From assembly GCA_028277795.1 (NCBI GenBank), contig JANQFP010000216.1:6392-70391 (forward strand): DNA of 64,000 nt, given 5' to 3'. The notes under the pieces were generated by a model. The model was not told the DNA's origin. It did no database searches and saw nothing but the letters and a program-made list of their open reading frames with translations. Source of the DNA: Rhodospirillales bacterium. Its GTDB lineage: Bacteria > Pseudomonadota > Alphaproteobacteria > Rhodospirillales > JANQFP01. How positions within the stretch are numbered: position 1 is the stretch's first letter; every line of letters starts with the position of its first letter. The translations under genes were made by a program, and so were the position numbers. This document shows, in pieces, positions 43,109 to 52,152 of this stretch.

Positions 43109-45279
43109 TTGGCCCACTCGCGGGAGTCCCACCCCAGGACTCCCGCCACCTTTTCCCGCAGCAATGGCCGCCGATACCGCACCTCGATGCGGGTGGCGCC
43201 GGGCGGCACGCTCATGGCCATGTGGACGCCATTGACCGGAACGATGTCGAGGAAATGGGTCCCCGCGCGGGCTTCCCAGAACGGCAGATGCATCTGATTG
43301 ACGACCAGGATGCCGCCGTCCGGGGCGTCGATGGCGATATCGTAGCCGTCGGCCACCGTTCCGGCCGAAAGCACGCGCAGGCTTGTGGACGGCGTGCCGA
43401 GGCGAGCGCGGTCACCGGACGCCACGACCACTCCACGCCCGCCGGCCACGCTCGCGATTCGGTCATGCAGCGTTTCGGAAGCAATGTCGTCGGCAACCTC
43501 GGTGACGGTTCGCGCGGCGAACACGCGCGGCAATGAGTTGGCGATCTCGTAGACATAGAGCTCGCCCGGATCAAAGATGCGGCGCAGGCGGAACCACAGG
43601 AAATGCGGCCAACCGCCGACATCGTCCGGCAGCGCCTTGGCCCGGTCCTCCGGCTCCGGCTCGAACACCGGACGGAGGGTGGCATTGCGCAGCGGCAGCG
43701 CGCTGAAAAGGTAGTGCACGTTGGCGATGGCCAGAAGGTCGAGCCTGAGGTGCCGCCCCACCTCGTAGGCGGTGCCGTCCCAATGCTCCCACTCGATGCG
43801 CGGCCGGGTCGTTTGCAGGTAGTTGGGCTCGTTGTAGAGGGTATTGAGCCAGAATTCCTGCCAGGCGCGATGGTTGAGGTTTACGCCGCCGTCGAAGGAA
43901 TCGTAGCCGTAATAGCCGGAAACGATATTGGGGTGCGGCGTGTCGAACAGCGTGACGACGCGGAAGTCGAAGTCGGGACGCCACGGCGGGTCGTTCAGGG
44001 ATTCATGGCCGAAGTAGGCGCTCTGTCCGCCGAACCACAGGAACTGCGCAACGTTCGCGAATTTGTGCCAGACAAGGAGGGCCAGCGCCGCCGCCAGCAC
44101 CACCGCCTCCGGTCGTCGCGGCCAGCGGCGTCCGGCGGCCCCGGGGGCGAAGCCGGCGAGCGCCTTGGCGGCGATGGGGATCATCAACGCCGGCCAAGCG
44201 AGCCCCATGTACAGGAACTCGACGCCACGCATCTGGGCGAGACCGATGGCCTCCCATGGCATCGACTTGGCCAGCGCGTACGATAGCGGCACCCACACGA
44301 TGGCGGCCACAGTGCGCACGACGAAGACGTCGCGCCGGGCGAGGAACACCAACAGGGAACTGGCCAGGACCAGGGTCGGCACCGCCATCCACAGCAGGGC
44401 CCTGATGCTGAGCACCAACGCATCGGCGAAGCCCACTTGGGCCACGCCGCCGCCGTCGCCCCGGTTTGTATACGTCGCTACCGACGCCAGGCCGTACAGA
44501 ACCTCGTGCCAGTTGGCCACGGCGGCGACCACGTAGCAGGCCAAGGCCGCCGCCGTGCGACGGACGGCGGCACCGGGAAACAGGATTAGCGCGCCGACCA
44601 CCGCCACCGCCAGTGGCGGGTAGACGTGCACCGGGTCGGTCACCGCGAGGACCACGCTCGTCCCCGCCACCCAGGGCCAGAACCCGGGCTCGCGGGTCTT
44701 GCACACGGCGGCGTACACCGCCAATGGTATGGTGGCGAGGCCGGCGGCCGCGAAGCTCGTGCTGTAGGTCAGGAGGTAGGTGTGGGTAAGCGGAAAGAGC
44801 GCCGCGACGGCCACGGCCACCGAACGCGAGTCGGGCGCCATCCGCCGCGCCAGCAGGTAGCTTCCGGCGAAGCCGATACCGGCGACCATCAGTTTGTGGA
44901 CCCAGATCACCAGCCATGTCGGCGCGACCCGAAACAGCAGGATCTCCGGTTGGACGTACTGCATCCCGGCGTACATGACGTAGAGATCCTGCCCGCCGGC
45001 GAACTCGTGGGCGAAGATGCCGCCGTCATGGAGCCGGGTCAGGTAACGGTCGACGGCGATGGCGAAGTTGCCCTCCGAGACCATGGCGATGAACGAATAC
45101 CGACCGAGAACGAAATACTCGGCGGTGAACGCCACGATCCAGACGGCGAAGAAGGTAACGACCGCACTGCGGCTCTCCAGCGTGAGGGTCGGCGCGCTCA
45201 GGCCCCGGTAGAACGGCACCGCTGTCACCGCCGAGACCGCCATGGCGGCGATCAAGGCCGGATGGTCGAAAGCCCACAC
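43105..45279 (-). CDS. Large polytopic membrane protein, YfhO/DUF6044-like GT-C candidate
   Basis: 724 aa. About 13 TM spans, then a soluble beta-rich domain of about 300 aa. GTG start. Its stop overlaps the convergent + strand stop within CTAG (43105..43108). Confidence 0.65.
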   Translation of the reverse strand: MWAFDHPALIAAMAVSAVTAVPFYRGLSAPTLTLESRSAVVTFFAVWIVAFTAEYFVLGRYSFIAMVSEGNFAIAVDRYLTRLHDGGIFAHEFAGGQDLYVMYAGMQYVQPEILLFRVAPTWLVIWVHKLMVAGIGFAGSYLLARRMAPDSRSVAVAVAALFPLTHTYLLTYSTSFAAAGLATIPLAVYAAVCKTREPGFWPWVAGTSVVLAVTDPVHVYPPLAVAVVGALILFPGAAVRRTAAALACYVVAAVANWHEVLYGLASVATYTNRGDGGGVAQVGFADALVLSIRALLWMAVPTLVLASSLLVFLARRDVFVVRTVAAIVWVPLSYALAKSMPWEAIGLAQMRGVEFLYMGLAWPALMIPIAAKALAGFAPGAAGRRWPRRPEAVVLAAALALLVWHKFANVAQFLWFGGQSAYFGHESLNDPPWRPDFDFRVVTLFDTPHPNIVSGYYGYDSFDGGVNLNHRAWQEFWLNTLYNEPNYLQTTRPRIEWEHWDGTAYEVGRHLRLDLLAIANVHYLFSALPLRNATLRPVFEPEPEDRAKALPDDVGGWPHFLWFRLRRIFDPGELYVYEIANSLPRVFAARTVTEVADDIASETLHDRIASVAGGRGVVVASGDRARLGTPSTSLRVLSAGTVADGYDIAIDAPDGGILVVNQMHLPFWEARAGTHFLDIVPVNGVHMAMSVPPGATRIEVRYRRPLLREKVAGVLGWDSREWAN

Positions 45280-45382
45280 GCTTCAGCCGGCCGTCCAGGC
45301 GCGGCGCGCCAACCGGCCGGAAGCCGGCGTCTCGGAAACCCGACCGGGGGCATTGCGTCCACGGCTCATCGATCACGCCTTA

Positions 45383-45997
45383 TCATGCGCATTCGAGGAT
45401 GATGTGCGTGTAGGGAACGCGGAGCAGATCGCGCCGAATGTGCGTTTCAACTGACGCGAACGCGGTGGCGGCGATGGCCGCGTATCCGGCCTCGTCTCGG
45501 ACGTTGCGGCCGCGATCCCGGGAGATCAGGAACCTGGCGACGAGCGACTGATCCGGTGTGATGCAGTTGTCAAGGGAGACGAACCTGCCGTCCGGCGCCA
45601 AGGCCGAGCTGCATGTCTGCAGAAGGTCGGCCGCCTCCGCATCGTCCAAGTGATGGAGCAGGCCGAATGCGCACACGAGGTCGAATTGCGGCAACGGCGC
45701 CAACGCCTCTCGCGTCAACCTTTGTGGAAAGAACGTGCCGCGATCGCCGTACCTTGCACGGGCCGCCGCGATATAAAGGTCACTGATGTCGAAGCCGTAA
45801 TAGGCGACGTCCGGAAGATGGTCCAGAATTGCCGCCGTTCCGCAGCCGACATCGAGGACACGCTGCCCCCGCACGGGTCGCAAGTAGGTGCTGATGAATT
45901 CGGAACGGGCGCGGTTCGCTCCGAGCAGATCCTGAAGTGCATCATAGGCAGCCGGCAGCGAGAGGACCGCTCTGATTCCGCCGGTCTCTTGAGGCAC
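45383..45997 (-). CDS. Class I SAM-dependent methyltransferase
   Basis: 'VLDVGCGTAAIL' and 'DLVCAFGLLHHLDD...LAPDGRFV'. GTG start with AGGA 5 nt upstream. Confidence 0.8.
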   Translation of the reverse strand: MPQETGGIRAVLSLPAAYDALQDLLGANRARSEFISTYLRPVRGQRVLDVGCGTAAILDHLPDVAYYGFDISDLYIAAARARYGDRGTFFPQRLTREALAPLPQFDLVCAFGLLHHLDDAEAADLLQTCSSALAPDGRFVSLDNCITPDQSLVARFLISRDRGRNVRDEAGYAAIAATAFASVETHIRRDLLRVPYTHIILECA

Positions 45998-46061
45998 CGA
46001 GTTCCTGACCTTCAGCGAGTCGTGCCGCCCGGCGCAGTGTCGCGCCGGAGCCGCAACAACG

Positions 46062-47090
46062 TCATGAGCCGGTGCCGCCGGACCCGGCAGGCAGCCTCGC
46101 TTCTTGCGGCGGGATCTTCGGGCCCTCCGCGGGGTTGCGCCGCGCCGGCGCCGTCCCTGCCGTCGCCTCGACGGTGTACAGCGGCCGCTTGCGGGCCTCG
46201 TCGACGCCGCGCCAAAGGTACTCGCCGAGGACGCCCAGCATCATCATCTGAATGCCGCCCATGACCAGCACGACCACCATCAACGACGTCCAGCCCGACG
46301 GCGGTTCGGCGAACAAGGCGTTGGCTATGACCCATGCCGCGTAGACCAAGCCGACCAGCGCCGTCGCCATGCCGGTGACCGACATCAGGCGTATCGGCAA
46401 GTGGCTGAAAGAGACCACCGAATCGATAACCAGCTTGACCTTGAGCGCCAGCGTCCAGCCCGACGCACCGCGGACCCGCGCCTGCTTGTCGTAGGGCACC
46501 TTGTCCTGGCGGAACCCCATCCACGCCAACAACATGAAGGTGCTGACGTTGCGCTCGTCGAACCGGTTGAAGGCGTCGATCGCCGCGCGGTCGACGAGAA
46601 AGAAGTCGGCCCCCTCCTCGGGAAGCTCGCGAAAGCCGATGACCCGGCGCATCAGCCAATAGTAGATCCGCGAGGTCAGCACCGAGGACACCGGCTCATC
46701 GGTGCGGCCGGCGCGCACCGCCCACACCACTTGCGCGCCCTGCTGCCATCGGGCGAGCAGTGCCGGCAGCATCTCCGGCGGGTCCTGCAGGTCGGCCGCC
46801 AGCACGACGCCGCAATCGCCGGCCGTGTGCCTGAGTCCGCACACCAGGCCGACGTGGGAACCGCAATTTCGGGCCAGCCGCACGCAACGCACCCGCGGGT
46901 CCCGACCGGCCAACTCGGCGGCGGCGGCGAAAGTGCCGTCCGTGGAATGGTCGTCGACGATCAGCCATTCCCAGTCGACACCTGCATCGGCCAGCGCCGC
47001 CTGCAGCCGCTCGTAGAAGGGCCGCAGGTTGGATTCCTCGTTGAACGCCGGTGTGACGACGCTCAATAGCGGCCGCACGCGCGCATTCAT
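46062..47090 (-). CDS. GT2 polyprenyl-phosphate glycosyltransferase, ArnC/GtrB-like
   Basis: 'LSVVTPAFNEESNL', 'LIVDDHSTDGT' and 'LAADLQDPPE', plus two C-terminal TM helices ('MATALVGLVYAAWVI', 'LMVVVLVMGGIQMMMLGVLGEYL'). ATG 47090 overlaps the upstream stop. Confidence 0.88.
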   Translation of the reverse strand: MNARVRPLLSVVTPAFNEESNLRPFYERLQAALADAGVDWEWLIVDDHSTDGTFAAAAELAGRDPRVRCVRLARNCGSHVGLVCGLRHTAGDCGVVLAADLQDPPEMLPALLARWQQGAQVVWAVRAGRTDEPVSSVLTSRIYYWLMRRVIGFRELPEEGADFFLVDRAAIDAFNRFDERNVSTFMLLAWMGFRQDKVPYDKQARVRGASGWTLALKVKLVIDSVVSFSHLPIRLMSVTGMATALVGLVYAAWVIANALFAEPPSGWTSLMVVVLVMGGIQMMMLGVLGEYLWRGVDEARKRPLYTVEATAGTAPARRNPAEGPKIPPQEARLPAGSGGTGS

Positions 47091-48244
47091 GCGGCGAGCG
47101 CCTCCTTGAGCGCGGAGATCACACGATCCTGCTGGTCCTCGGTCATCTGAGCGTAAAGCGGCAGGATCACGCCGCGGTCCTGGGCCTCCTCGGAGCGGCC
47201 CAGCGGCCCCGCCCGCCGGACATCCCGGTACGGCGCCTCGCGGTGGCAGCACATGATGCCGCGGCGGGTGGCGACCCCGCGGTCGAGCATCGCCTGCATG
47301 GTCGCGTGCTGGTCCAGCCCCTCGGGCAGGAGGACGCAGAAACTCTGCCAGTTGCTGCGGGCGAAGGGCGGCTGTTCGGGCAGACCGAGCCCATCGACGT
47401 CGGCGAGCAGCGCGAGGTAGCGCTCCGCGAGCACCCGGCGACGGGCCACGATTTCCGGCAGGCGCCGCAGTTGTTCGCGCCCGACAGCGGCCTGGATATC
47501 GGTCATCCGGTAGTTGTAGCCGAGGACCGGGTAGGACTCGAAGATCACCTTTCTCGACTGATGGCGGGCGATGTCGGGAACGCTCATCCCATGGTGGCGC
47601 CACAACCGGAACCGCTGGTCGAGTTCGGGGTCGGCTGTGGTCAACATGCCGCCGTCGCCAGTGGTGATGACCTTGCGCGGGTGGAACGAGAAGCAGGCGA
47701 CGGCGCCGCGCGGCCGGCCGATTGGTTCCCAGGCGCCGTTGCAGGCGATCTCGCTGCCCACGGCGCAGGCGGAGTCCTCGATCACCGGCAAGTCGTGGGC
47801 GGCGGCGACGGCGAGCACACGATCCAGGTCGCAAGGCATGCCCATCTGATGAACGCACAGGATAGCACGGCACCTCGGGCCAATGGCGGCCTCCAGTCGC
47901 TGCGGGTCGATGTTGTAGGTGCCGGACTCGATATCGACGAACACCGGCTCGGCGCCGGCATGGCGCACAGCGTTGGCGGTGGCGATAAACGTATGGCTGA
48001 CGGTCGCCACCTCGTCCCCGGGGCCGACACCGACAGCCATCAATGCAAGGTGCAGAGCGGTGGTGCAGCTTGACACGGCGCTGGCGTGCGGGGCGCCGAC
48101 TAAGGCGGCGAACTCGTCCTCGAATGCCTGCACCTCCGGCCCCTGGGTGACCCAGCCGGAGAGCACCGCACGCGCCGCCGCCTCGGCCTCCTCCGCAGCG
48201 AGCACCGGTTGGGCGACGGGAATGGGGCCGGCCTGGTCAGCCAC
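47087..48244 (-). CDS. DegT/DnrJ/EryC1/StrS-family sugar aminotransferase (ArnB-like)
   Basis: 'IPVAQPVL...AVLSGWVTQGPEV' and 'FSFHPRKVITTGDGGM' (PLP-lysine). GTG 48244 gives an 8-nt overlap (GTGGCTGA). The track extension to 48517 is rejected. Confidence 0.88.
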   Translation of the reverse strand: MADQAGPIPVAQPVLAAEEAEAAARAVLSGWVTQGPEVQAFEDEFAALVGAPHASAVSSCTTALHLALMAVGVGPGDEVATVSHTFIATANAVRHAGAEPVFVDIESGTYNIDPQRLEAAIGPRCRAILCVHQMGMPCDLDRVLAVAAAHDLPVIEDSACAVGSEIACNGAWEPIGRPRGAVACFSFHPRKVITTGDGGMLTTADPELDQRFRLWRHHGMSVPDIARHQSRKVIFESYPVLGYNYRMTDIQAAVGREQLRRLPEIVARRRVLAERYLALLADVDGLGLPEQPPFARSNWQSFCVLLPEGLDQHATMQAMLDRGVATRRGIMCCHREAPYRDVRRAGPLGRSEEAQDRGVILPLYAQMTEDQQDRVISALKEALAA

Positions 48245-49241
48245 CGGCGGTGGCCTCCCAGTTACGGACGTGTTCGTCGGCGAGTAGTTCCTCCGGGGTG
48301 CGGTCGCCCGCGGCGTACCAGTCGCGCAACTGCGCCAGCCCGTTCTCGAGAGGCACCTCGGGGGCGAAGTCCAGCAGCGCCTGCGCCCGGGACGCGTCGC
48401 AGTAAAGCCGCCGTACGTCGCCCGGCCTAGGGATGTCGTGGACCACCTGCGGCTCGCCGCCCACCGTTCGGGCCACCACGCCGGCCAGATCTTTGATGGA
48501 GATCTCGCGCCCGGCACCCAGGTTGAGTGTGCGGCCCACCGCAGCGTCGGCCAAGCCGGCTAGCAGGATCCCGCGCGCTACGTCGGCCACATAGGTGAAA
48601 TCGCGCGTCTGCTCGCCGTCTCCGAAGATCACCATGGGCTCACCGGCCAGGCACCGCAGCATGAACTTGGGGATCACCTCGCCACTGTCGCCCTCGTGAT
48701 GGCAGCGCGGACCGTAGGCATTGAAAGGGCGGACGACGACCGTCGGGAAGCCGTGGGTGTCGAACATGGCTCGCGCGTAGCACTCGCCCGCAAGCTTGGA
48801 GCCGCCGTAGACGGTGTGCGGGAAAGTCGGGTGATCTTCGGTCATCGGCACCTCTTTCGCCGTGCCGTAGACCTCGGACGAGGAGACGTAGACGAAGCGC
48901 CCGACGCCCTGAGCACGGGCCGCCAGCAGGAGGTCCAGTGTCGCCGTGGCGTTGACCGAGTGGTTCTCCGCCGGATCGTGCAGCGCGTGGCGGACGCCCA
49001 GAACCGCCAGATGATAGAGGATGTCGACGCCCTGCAAGAGCGCTGCCATGCGCGGCCGGTCGCGGATATCGGCAACCTCCAGCTGGACGCTGTCGCCGCT
49101 GTGGCCGGCAATGTTCTCGCGCTTGCCGTTGACCAGGTTGTCGACGACAACGACCCTGGCTCCCTTTGCCGCGAGTTGCGCGACCAACGCCGAGCCGATG
49201 AACCCCGCGCCGCCGGTGACCAGGACCCGGCAACCGTCCAT
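48237..49241 (-). CDS. NAD-dependent epimerase/dehydratase (extended SDR, nucleotide-sugar 4,6-dehydratase/4-epimerase type)
   Basis: 'VLVTGGAGFIGSAL', 'VSSSEVYG' and 'YGGSKLAGE'. Confidence 0.88.
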   Translation of the reverse strand: MDGCRVLVTGGAGFIGSALVAQLAAKGARVVVVDNLVNGKRENIAGHSGDSVQLEVADIRDRPRMAALLQGVDILYHLAVLGVRHALHDPAENHSVNATATLDLLLAARAQGVGRFVYVSSSEVYGTAKEVPMTEDHPTFPHTVYGGSKLAGECYARAMFDTHGFPTVVVRPFNAYGPRCHHEGDSGEVIPKFMLRCLAGEPMVIFGDGEQTRDFTYVADVARGILLAGLADAAVGRTLNLGAGREISIKDLAGVVARTVGGEPQVVHDIPRPGDVRRLYCDASRAQALLDFAPEVPLENGLAQLRDWYAAGDRTPEELLADEHVRNWEATAGG

Positions 49242-50006
49242 TCAGGTGCCTTTCCGCCGCAGCACCAGAAACAGCACCCGGCTCAGGTCCTCGGCGTCCT
49301 GACGCCCCACAGCGAGGCGGGCAGCGATCTCGTTGATCGGAGCCTGGTATTGGGGCTCCTCCGGCGCCACCAGCAGCGGGTGCACGACGCGCGCGATCAG
49401 GTCGTAGATGCCGAAGTTCCGCCTCTCCTCGACGACGAAGTCGCGATCCAGATACGCCAGCGTCGCCTCGGCCTCGAAGTCCCGGTTGTGGAACACCGGC
49501 GGCATCGCCGAAAGACCCATGCATTGGCGCAGCCCGTTGAGGGCGTGGCGGCCGTCGGCGCAGCCCTCGACGAAAACGAACCGGCCGCCGGGTCGAACCA
49601 CCGAGGCGATGCGGTCGATGGCGCGCCACTGGGACTCGGAGCTGGCGAGGTTGATCAGGCAGCGGAACGAAAGCGCTACGTCGAAAGTGCCGAAATGCTC
49701 CGGCGCGAGCTCCAGCACGTCGCACACCTCGAAATTCAAGTTGGCCGGCGTATCCCCGGCGCGCGCCCGTTCGATCATCGGGGCGCTGTAGTCGATGCCC
49801 AGCATCTCGGCGACGCCGGCGGCCAGCTGCCGCGTCCCGTAGCCGTTGCCACAGCCGATGTCGATGACCCGGTCCGCGGGCCTGAGGTAACGCTTGGCAG
49901 TCTCAATCTCCAGCCAACGCTGCCAGACGTCGCGATGTGTGACCTGATCCTCGTCCAGCGAGGGGTCGCCGGCGCGGGTGTCCCAGAACGCCTTGACTTC
50001 GCTCAC
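49242..50006 (-). CDS. Class I SAM-dependent methyltransferase
   Basis: 'VIDIGCGNGYGT' and 'DVALSFRCLINL...VRPGGRFVFVE'. GTG 50006 overlaps the upstream stop (GTGA). The stop abuts the next ATG (TGAATG). Confidence 0.8.
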   Translation of the reverse strand: MSEVKAFWDTRAGDPSLDEDQVTHRDVWQRWLEIETAKRYLRPADRVIDIGCGNGYGTRQLAAGVAEMLGIDYSAPMIERARAGDTPANLNFEVCDVLELAPEHFGTFDVALSFRCLINLASSESQWRAIDRIASVVRPGGRFVFVEGCADGRHALNGLRQCMGLSAMPPVFHNRDFEAEATLAYLDRDFVVEERRNFGIYDLIARVVHPLLVAPEEPQYQAPINEIAARLAVGRQDAEDLSRVLFLVLRRKGT

Positions 50007-51136
50007 CGGCCGGCCTCCCGCGCGCGGACGGGGCCGGCGGCGCCCAGCGCCTGCGCCAGCGCCGCGCAGCAGGCATCCACGTCGCTTTCGGTCAGCTCCG
50101 GATAGATCGGCAGCGACAGAAACTCCCGTCCCAATTGTTCGGCCACAGGAAAGGTGCCGGCGCCCCGGCCGAGTGCCCTGTAGGCGTCCTGGAGGTGCAC
50201 CGGCAGCGGGTAGTGAATGGCGGTCTGCACGCCGTGCGCCTGCAAGGCCGCCTGAACCTGGTCCCGGTCGGGAACCCGGATGGCATAGACGTGATAGACG
50301 TGCCGAGAGTCGGGGGGAGCCGCCGGCGTGCCGAGTCCGAACCCGGCAATCCGGGCGTCGTACGTCGCAGCACGGGCGCGCCGGGCCTCGGTCCACGCGT
50401 CGAGATGCCGCAACTTGACCCCGAGCACCGCGCCCTGGAATCCGTCCATCCGGTAGTTGAACCCTCTCAAGGCATGATCGTGCTTGGCCGTCTGGCCCCA
50501 GTCCCTCAGAACCCGCGCCGTCTCGGCGATTTCGGGATCGTTGGTCACCAGGGCCCCGCCCTCGCCGTAGGCGCCCAGGTTCTTGCCCGGATAGAAGCTG
50601 AAGCAGCCGATGTCACCAATGGACCCGACACGGGCGCCCTTGTAGTCGGCGCCGTGGGCCTGGGCCGCGTCCTCGATGACGGTGAGCCCATGACGGCGCG
50701 CCGTCGCCAGGATGGGATCCATGTCCGCCGGCAACCCGTGGAGGTGGACGGGGATAATTGCGCGCGTCCGCTCGGTGACCGCCGCCTCGACCGCGTCGGG
50801 CTCGATGTTCCAGGTCTTGGGGTCCACATCGACCAGCACCGGCGTCGCACCGGCATAGAGAATGGGAGCAACGGTGGCGACGAACGTCATGGCCGGCGCG
50901 ATCACCTCGTCTCCCGGCCCGATGCCGGCGGCCAGCAGCGCGAGGTGGAGGGCGCTCGTTCCGGAATTCACGGCCACGCAGTGGGTGCCGCCACAGTACG
51001 CGGCGAAGTCCGTCTCGAAAGCCGCCACCTCCGGCCCGAGGACGAACATCCCGCTGTCCAGGACCCGGTGGATAGCGGCATCCAGTTCGGGCTTGATGTC
51101 CGCGTACTGGGCCTTGAGATCGAGGAACGGAATCAC
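50003..51136 (-). CDS. DegT-family aminotransferase (WbpE/WlbC-like 3-aminotransferase)
   Basis: 'IPFLDLKAQY' N-terminus and 'FSFYPGKNLGAYGEGGA' PLP-lysine motif. GTG 51136 overlaps the upstream stop (GTGA). Confidence 0.9.
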   Translation of the reverse strand: MIPFLDLKAQYADIKPELDAAIHRVLDSGMFVLGPEVAAFETDFAAYCGGTHCVAVNSGTSALHLALLAAGIGPGDEVIAPAMTFVATVAPILYAGATPVLVDVDPKTWNIEPDAVEAAVTERTRAIIPVHLHGLPADMDPILATARRHGLTVIEDAAQAHGADYKGARVGSIGDIGCFSFYPGKNLGAYGEGGALVTNDPEIAETARVLRDWGQTAKHDHALRGFNYRMDGFQGAVLGVKLRHLDAWTEARRARAATYDARIAGFGLGTPAAPPDSRHVYHVYAIRVPDRDQVQAALQAHGVQTAIHYPLPVHLQDAYRALGRGAGTFPVAEQLGREFLSLPIYPELTESDVDACCAALAQALGAAGPVRAREAGR

Positions 51137-52152
51137 GGCATCGGATCGAGGGACACGGGCTCGCCCTGCCTCTTCATGGATGCGGTGGCCGCTTCCGCCA
51201 GGCGGACGACGCGCAGGCCCATGTCGCCGCCAGTGATGGGTTTGGCGCGCCCGAGGACGCAGTCGACGAAATGACCGGCTTCGGCGCGCAGCGCCTCGGT
51301 GCCGTTCAGCTTCGGCGCCCACATGTCGCCGGTGCGGTACCCGACCAGCATGTTGTAGATCTGTCTCGGATCGTCGGTAAGCGTGATCCCGGTGTCGTAG
51401 ACCTTGATCTTCTCGCTCGGCTCCAGGTCGTCGTAGACGACCATCTTCTTGGTTCCGCCGATCAGCGTCCGCCGCAGCTTCACCGGTGACAGCCAGTTGA
51501 CGTTCACGTGGGCGATGGTGTTGCCGTCGAAATAGACGGTGATGTAGGCGACGTTCTCCGGGCTGCCGGGCACGTGGGAGGTGCCGGTGGCCGACACGGC
51601 GACCGGGCGCGCATCCAGGACATGGTCGAGGATGGACAGGTCGTGGGTGGCAAGGTCCCAGATGACGTCCACGTCGTGTTGGAAGAGACCGAGATTGATG
51701 CGCGTCGAATCGTAATAATAGATGTCGCCGAGGACGCCGGACTCCACCAGCTCGCGCGTTTTCTGCACGGCGCCGGTATAGATGAAGGTGTGATCGACCA
51801 GCAGGACCAGGTTGCGCCGGGCCGCCTCGTCGATCAGGCGCTCCCCCTGTTCGGCGCTTTCCGTCATCGGCTTCTCGACCAGGACATGCTTGCCCGCCTG
51901 CAGCGCCTCCAAGGCCAAGGGAAAATGGCTGTCGACGGGGGTGGCGATGACCACGGCGTCGATGTCCGGGTCGGCGAGGAGCTCGGACCGATCGGCCGTC
52001 GTCCTCACCGACGGGTAGCGCCGCTCAACCAGCGCCCGCCGTTCCGCATCGCGCTCGCACACGGCCACCACCCGCGCCTCCGCGATCTCGGAGAAGTTGC
52101 GGACCATGTTGGGTCCCCAGTACCCGTAGCCGATGACGCCGACGCCGATCAT
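51133..52152 (-). CDS. Gfo/Idh/MocA oxidoreductase (WbpB/WlbA-class nucleotide-sugar 3-dehydrogenase candidate)
   Basis: 'IGVGVIGYGYWGPNMVRNF' and 'VLVEKPMT'. It sits between the LbH acetyltransferase and the DegT aminotransferase, with 4-nt overlaps on both sides. Confidence 0.85.
   Translation of the reverse strand: MIGVGVIGYGYWGPNMVRNFSEIAEARVVAVCERDAERRALVERRYPSVRTTADRSELLADPDIDAVVIATPVDSHFPLALEALQAGKHVLVEKPMTESAEQGERLIDEAARRNLVLLVDHTFIYTGAVQKTRELVESGVLGDIYYYDSTRINLGLFQHDVDVIWDLATHDLSILDHVLDARPVAVSATGTSHVPGSPENVAYITVYFDGNTIAHVNVNWLSPVKLRRTLIGGTKKMVVYDDLEPSEKIKVYDTGITLTDDPRQIYNMLVGYRTGDMWAPKLNGTEALRAEAGHFVDCVLGRAKPITGGDMGLRVVRLAEAATASMKRQGEPVSLDPMP

Noticed and set aside
45290..45376. 28-codon minus-strand ORF (MSRGRNAPGRVSETPASGRLARRAWTAG) in the 103-bp gap upstream of the YfhO-like gene
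   Set aside because: It has no SD, no hydrophobic segment and no coupling geometry, so it is indistinguishable from chance in GC-rich DNA.
47091..47873. N-terminal extension of track ORF 46062..47873 (603 aa), and similar extensions at 48245..48517, 50007..50396, 51137..51322, 61049..61231 and 62791..62889
   Set aside because: Each extension overlaps the upstream, motif-supported gene out of frame. Each real N-terminus (GT2 'LSVVTPAFNEE', DegT 'IPVAQPVL', and so on) sits immediately after an ATG or GTG that overlaps the upstream stop.
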